In this document: positions 60,294-64,000 of the stretch, piece by piece
How the letters are laid out: the number at the start of each line of letters is the position of its first letter
Numbering within the stretch: the first letter of the stretch is position 1
NCBI RefSeq assembly: GCF_035084215.1
Contig: NC_090365.1
Location: 4,898,001-4,962,000 of the forward strand
Source of the DNA: Heptranchias perlo
Lineage: Eukaryota
Length of the DNA stretch: 64,000 nucleotides
Direction: 5' to 3'
Position numbers and translations under genes: made by a program
Notes under the pieces: model-generated
Databases searched by the model: none
Told to the model about the DNA's origin: nothing
Seen by the model: the letters and a program-made list of their open reading frames with translations, nothing else

Positions 60294-61164
60294 GTGAGTA
60301 ACTTGGACTTTTTCCTGCCATTCCAAGCTGCACGGTCCAATCTCCGGTTGGGCTGGTCCCAGCCGGGGAAGCACCGGCTACAGTTGGGCCTCACCGCCCC
60401 GAGTTAAGGAGGGGAGAATTCAGCCAGGGTTCCCTCTCCTGATGGCTGCCCAATCCACTCTGCCAGGTGGTCCGCTTGCGTGTCGATATCGGGTTTGGCT
60501 GAGCTGGTTCCCCGTGGCTGGATAGCCTGCCAGTACCTGGGTGAGGCAGTGGAGGGCCACAGGTGACCGAGAAATCGATCCCCAGCAAGGGATGGCAGGA
60601 AACTGGGGGAGGAAAAATAAACACGAGGGAAGATTTTCTGTTTGTGCCCAAAACAGGCGCGATATTGGTATTGCACCCTCCCAAGGCAGCAGTCAGGAGG
60701 CCCGAACCTCAGGTAGTACGAATGACGAGATGATTCATTTCTGGTGGTGGTGATCAAGGGAGGAGTGTTGGCCGGGACAAGAGGAAAATTCTGCTCTTCT
60801 TCAAAGAGTGCAGTGGGATTCTTAAAGTCAGCTAGAATCACAGGAATAGCGACTAAGGGCCTCGATGTACCATCTTATCTCCAACATTGTAGCACTCCCT
60901 CAGTACTGCACTGTTGTGTCAGCCTTGTTCCATTTCCCCAGATCCTGGAGTGGGACTTGAACCCACAAACCTTGTGACTTGGAGGTCAGCTTGCTATTTC
61001 TGAGCTATCCTATAAATCAGTTTGAAGAGATTGTGTGTTTGGAAGATTGGTTATTAAAAATAGTAATAATACTTGGATTAATGTAGCACCATATCGCAGT
61101 GAAATATCTTAAGACACTTGGCACAATTAATTACTTTTGCTATGCAGCCATTCTGTGCCAGCAC

Positions 61165-61505
61165 ATAATCCAGGCTGACCCACCAGTGCAGTACTGAGGA
61201 AGTGCTGCACTGTTGGAGGTGCCATCTTTCAGATGAGACATTAAACCGAGGCCTCGTCTGCTCTTTTAGGTGGACGTAAAAGATCCTGTGGCGCTTATTT
61301 GAAGAAGGGTAGGGGAATTCTCCCAATGTTTATCTCTCAACCAATATCACTAAAACAGATTATCTAGTTATTATCTCATTGCTATTCGTGGGACTTTGTG
61401 TGTAAATTGGCTGCCATGTTTCCCACAACAGTGACTACACTTCAAATGTACTTCATTGGCTGTAAAGCGCTTTGGGGGCATGAAAAGCGCTATATAAATG
61501 CAGGC
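61165..61505 (+). mobile_element. Deu-domain SINE copy
   Basis: Matches the 63433-63800 family in forward orientation. Confidence 0.8.
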
Positions 61506-61754
61506 TCTTTTTTTAACTCCCTGTTCTTAGAATAGTGTCATGTGCTCTTTAATATCCACCTGAAGTACAGGAACTGGCAGGTAAGACTTCGCTTTAACAT
61601 CTCATCCAAAGGACGTGTCCCCCTTTTTGCTTCTAGTTTCCCACAGAGCCTCCTCGTTACATTTTTTTGTGTAAAGGGCAGCCTGTGTAAGACAAAGGAC
61701 TTCTTTAGGAATGAGAGAAAAAGGAAAACCGCAAATGGTTGGAAACGTGAAATC

Positions 61755-61945
61755 AAAACAGGAAATGCTGGAAATAGTCAACAAGTCAGTCAATGTCAAA
61801 AAGAGTCAAGAGGAACTAATGTCTCGGGTGGGACCCTTTGTCGGAACTGTGTTCTGATGTACGATCTCCCGCGAAACGTTTGTCTATCTTTCCTCCTTCA
61901 GACGGTGACTGACCCGCTGTGCGTTTCCGGCATTATCTGGTTTGC
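61755..61945. mobile_element. Degenerate fold-back Penelope-like repeat; related arms at about 22115-22180, 23560-23640, 28445-28520, 38280-38370, 48150-48220, 55380-55480
   Basis: Arms AAATGCTGGAAATA.TCA.CA.GTCAG / CTGACC.GCTG.G..TTTCC.GCATT with decayed CTGA..GAAAC motif between them. Confidence 0.5.
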
Positions 61946-63432
61946 GTCCCGGATGAGTTGAAACTGCTCTGTGCTAGAGTGCCTCGGTGGAATTTACTGG
62001 AACAAAACCAGGACGTCAGGTTTTGCTTCACTTTGTTTCTAGTTTGGAGCACAAGCAGCGGCCTGGGTAATAGCAACAAGCTGTAGTTGAACTTTTGACC
62101 TAATTAGTGTTTACAGTTATAAATGGGAGGTAAAAGGGAATTTCTTTTCAGTTAAGCTGATATAATAAGCACTATGGGTAAATCTGATTATATTGTAATA
62201 CAACCAGAGACCTCTAGGAGACACCGTTAGGACAGGGTTTAAAGAACTGAGCAATAAAATGATGGTGGATTCCAATGACTGCCAGATATCTATTACTCAG
62301 TGCACTTTGTCTAAGTTCTTATGTGGTCTTCAAGGTTAAGCTATATTTATGGGACAGGTACATCAATATTATTTGGGCTCAATTAAAATCTGATTAGGAG
62401 CAGATTGCAATGTGATGACACTTTGTTCGTTGATCCTATTTTTTTTCCCCCCGTTTCCTCTCCTGAAAATGATGACTTGTGCAGGGATATAGTTCCACAC
62501 ATGCCTGCAGTCCTCCATATATCTTAAGTGGTTGTTTTTCTTAATGTGTGAGCCGAGACAGTCAGGGGCAGCAGACTATTTGACTGTGGTGGCCATCACA
62601 GTGCTGTCCTCCCCCGAATTTTGGGAAGCAGGGATTCGTGACTGATTTTAAAAATATATATACTTGTTTTTGAAATGTGGGTGACACTGGCAAGGCTGTA
62701 TTTATTGTCCATCCTTAGTTGTCCTGAAGGCATTAAGAGTCAATCACATAGTGTGGGAGTTACATGAAGGCCAGACCAGATACGGGCGTCAGGTTCCCCT
62801 CCCTAAGGGACACTAGTGAACAGTTCACGCAACAATCCGGCAGCTTCCACAGTCATATTTCTGGTGCCAGCCCCAAATTTATCGAATTCACCTTCACTAC
62901 TTGCCATGGTGGGATTCGAACTCACGCCCTCTAGGTTACTAGGCCAGTACCATAACCACTGATCTGCTGTACTCTACCTAACTCTGGAGTGTTGACCCTA
63001 ACGCTATATTGACATCCCTGGCTGTGATCAGCTAACTCAGCAGGGATCGGAAATTGTACCAGGAACATCCCCGGTCTGTTTGGTTCAGTTCCACGGGAGG
63101 GCACCCGTTCAGCATCAGCCATTCAGGGAGTCGGCCTCCTCCTTTTCATTCCTCACTTAGGTGTGTAATATTATCCTTGAGAAGAAATCTCTAATGGTAA
63201 TGTTGCAACTTGTTCCTGGCACTCAGGGTTTACAAGGTGTGTTCATACCTAAAGGAAGGTTTAAATTCAGCTTCAAGGAGCATGACCTGGGCAGTTGCCT
63301 GAGCTTCTGACCTGAAAGGGGAGGAGTTGGAATGTTTCTTTTATAGATCTGTGTATCCGACACCCCGCCCCCATTCCCCCTCCACAATCTCGGTTTCTCC
63401 ATTCCATTGAGAATTTTACCATTTAGGGTATA

Positions 63433-63800
63433 AAAAAGAACTTGCATTTATACACCGCCTTCCACGACCTCAGGACGTCCCAAAGCGCCTTACAGCTAAT
63501 GAAGTACACTTGAAGTGCAGTCACTGTTGTAACGTGGGGAACGTGGCAGCCAATTTGTGCACAGCAAGCTCCCACAAACAGCGATGTGATAATGACCAGA
63601 TAATCTGTTTTTAGTGATGCTGGTTGAGAGATAAATATTGGCCAGGACACTGGGAAGAACTCCCTTGCTCCTCTTTGAATTGTGGCCGTAGGATCTTTTA
63701 CGTCCACACGAGAGGCCAGACGGAGCCTCGATTTAACGTCTCATCCGAAAGACGGCACCTCTGACAGTGCAGCACTCCCTCAGTACTGCACTGGGAACGT
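63433..63800 (-). mobile_element. Deu-domain SINE (SacSINE1/AmnSINE1-like); further copies at about 2030-2352(-), 12790-13120(+), 26985-27215(+), 37630-37910(-), 45030-45220(+), 47630-47920(-), 55910-56170(+)
   Basis: Recurrent core CAGTGCAGTACTGAGGGAGTGCTGCAC...GATGAGACGTTAAACCGAGG...GATCCCATGGCACTATT; tRNA-like head GGTTCAAGTCCCAC in some copies; family name from recall. Confidence 0.75.
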
Positions 63801-64000
63801 CGGTAGATTTTTTTTTGCGCTCTATTCTCTTTCCCAAAAAGATACTACTTCATATTGAACTGCGTTTCCCATTTTTCTGCCCACTCCCTTACCCTGTCTG
63901 TATCCTCCTTCAGTCTTCTGCATTCTTCCTCACAGATTATGCTGCTCCTTACTTTGGTGTCATTGCAGATTTTGATGATATTCCCTCTGCCTGCGTTCAA

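Noticed and set aside
60294-64000. Final calpain exons (EF-5 and stop)
   Set aside because: Candidate acceptors near 61900, 62150, 63226 and 63935 give stops or no EF-hand-like sequence; the exons probably lie beyond the window

Overview
Vertebrate nuclear DNA. The repeat content (CR1 and L2 LINEs, Deu-domain SINEs, Penelope-like fragments) points to a cartilaginous fish, which is an inference. Three spliced protein-coding genes were reconstructed by hand. (1) CLIP3/CLIPR-59 on the minus strand: four 5' coding exons at 9582->291, continuing off the left edge. (2) A complete 8-exon EIF3K on the plus strand (25879-36947, 218 aa) with an NRF1-rich promoter and a U12-type intron. (3) A classical calpain, most likely CAPN12-like, on the plus strand: 18 coding exons at 39919-60293, last exons not found. 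It has an intact Cys/His/Asn triad, a GC-AG intron, a U12-type intron and an atypical Pro/Tyr-rich N-terminus. Most ORFs in the supplied track are spurious or LINE reverse-transcriptase debris. Most notable observations: a TSD-flanked Penelope-like insertion carrying a complete minimal hammerhead ribozyme motif; a forward-inverted-forward 28-bp minisatellite in EIF3K intron 1 whose blocks differ by CpG decay; a possible U2/U12 splice-site competition in the calpain; a duplicated calpain exon-1 donor; and an unexplained promoter plus terminal-exon-like unit at about 19.1-20.3 kb. No prokaryotic-type system (CRISPR etc.) is present. Repeat boundaries are approximate.
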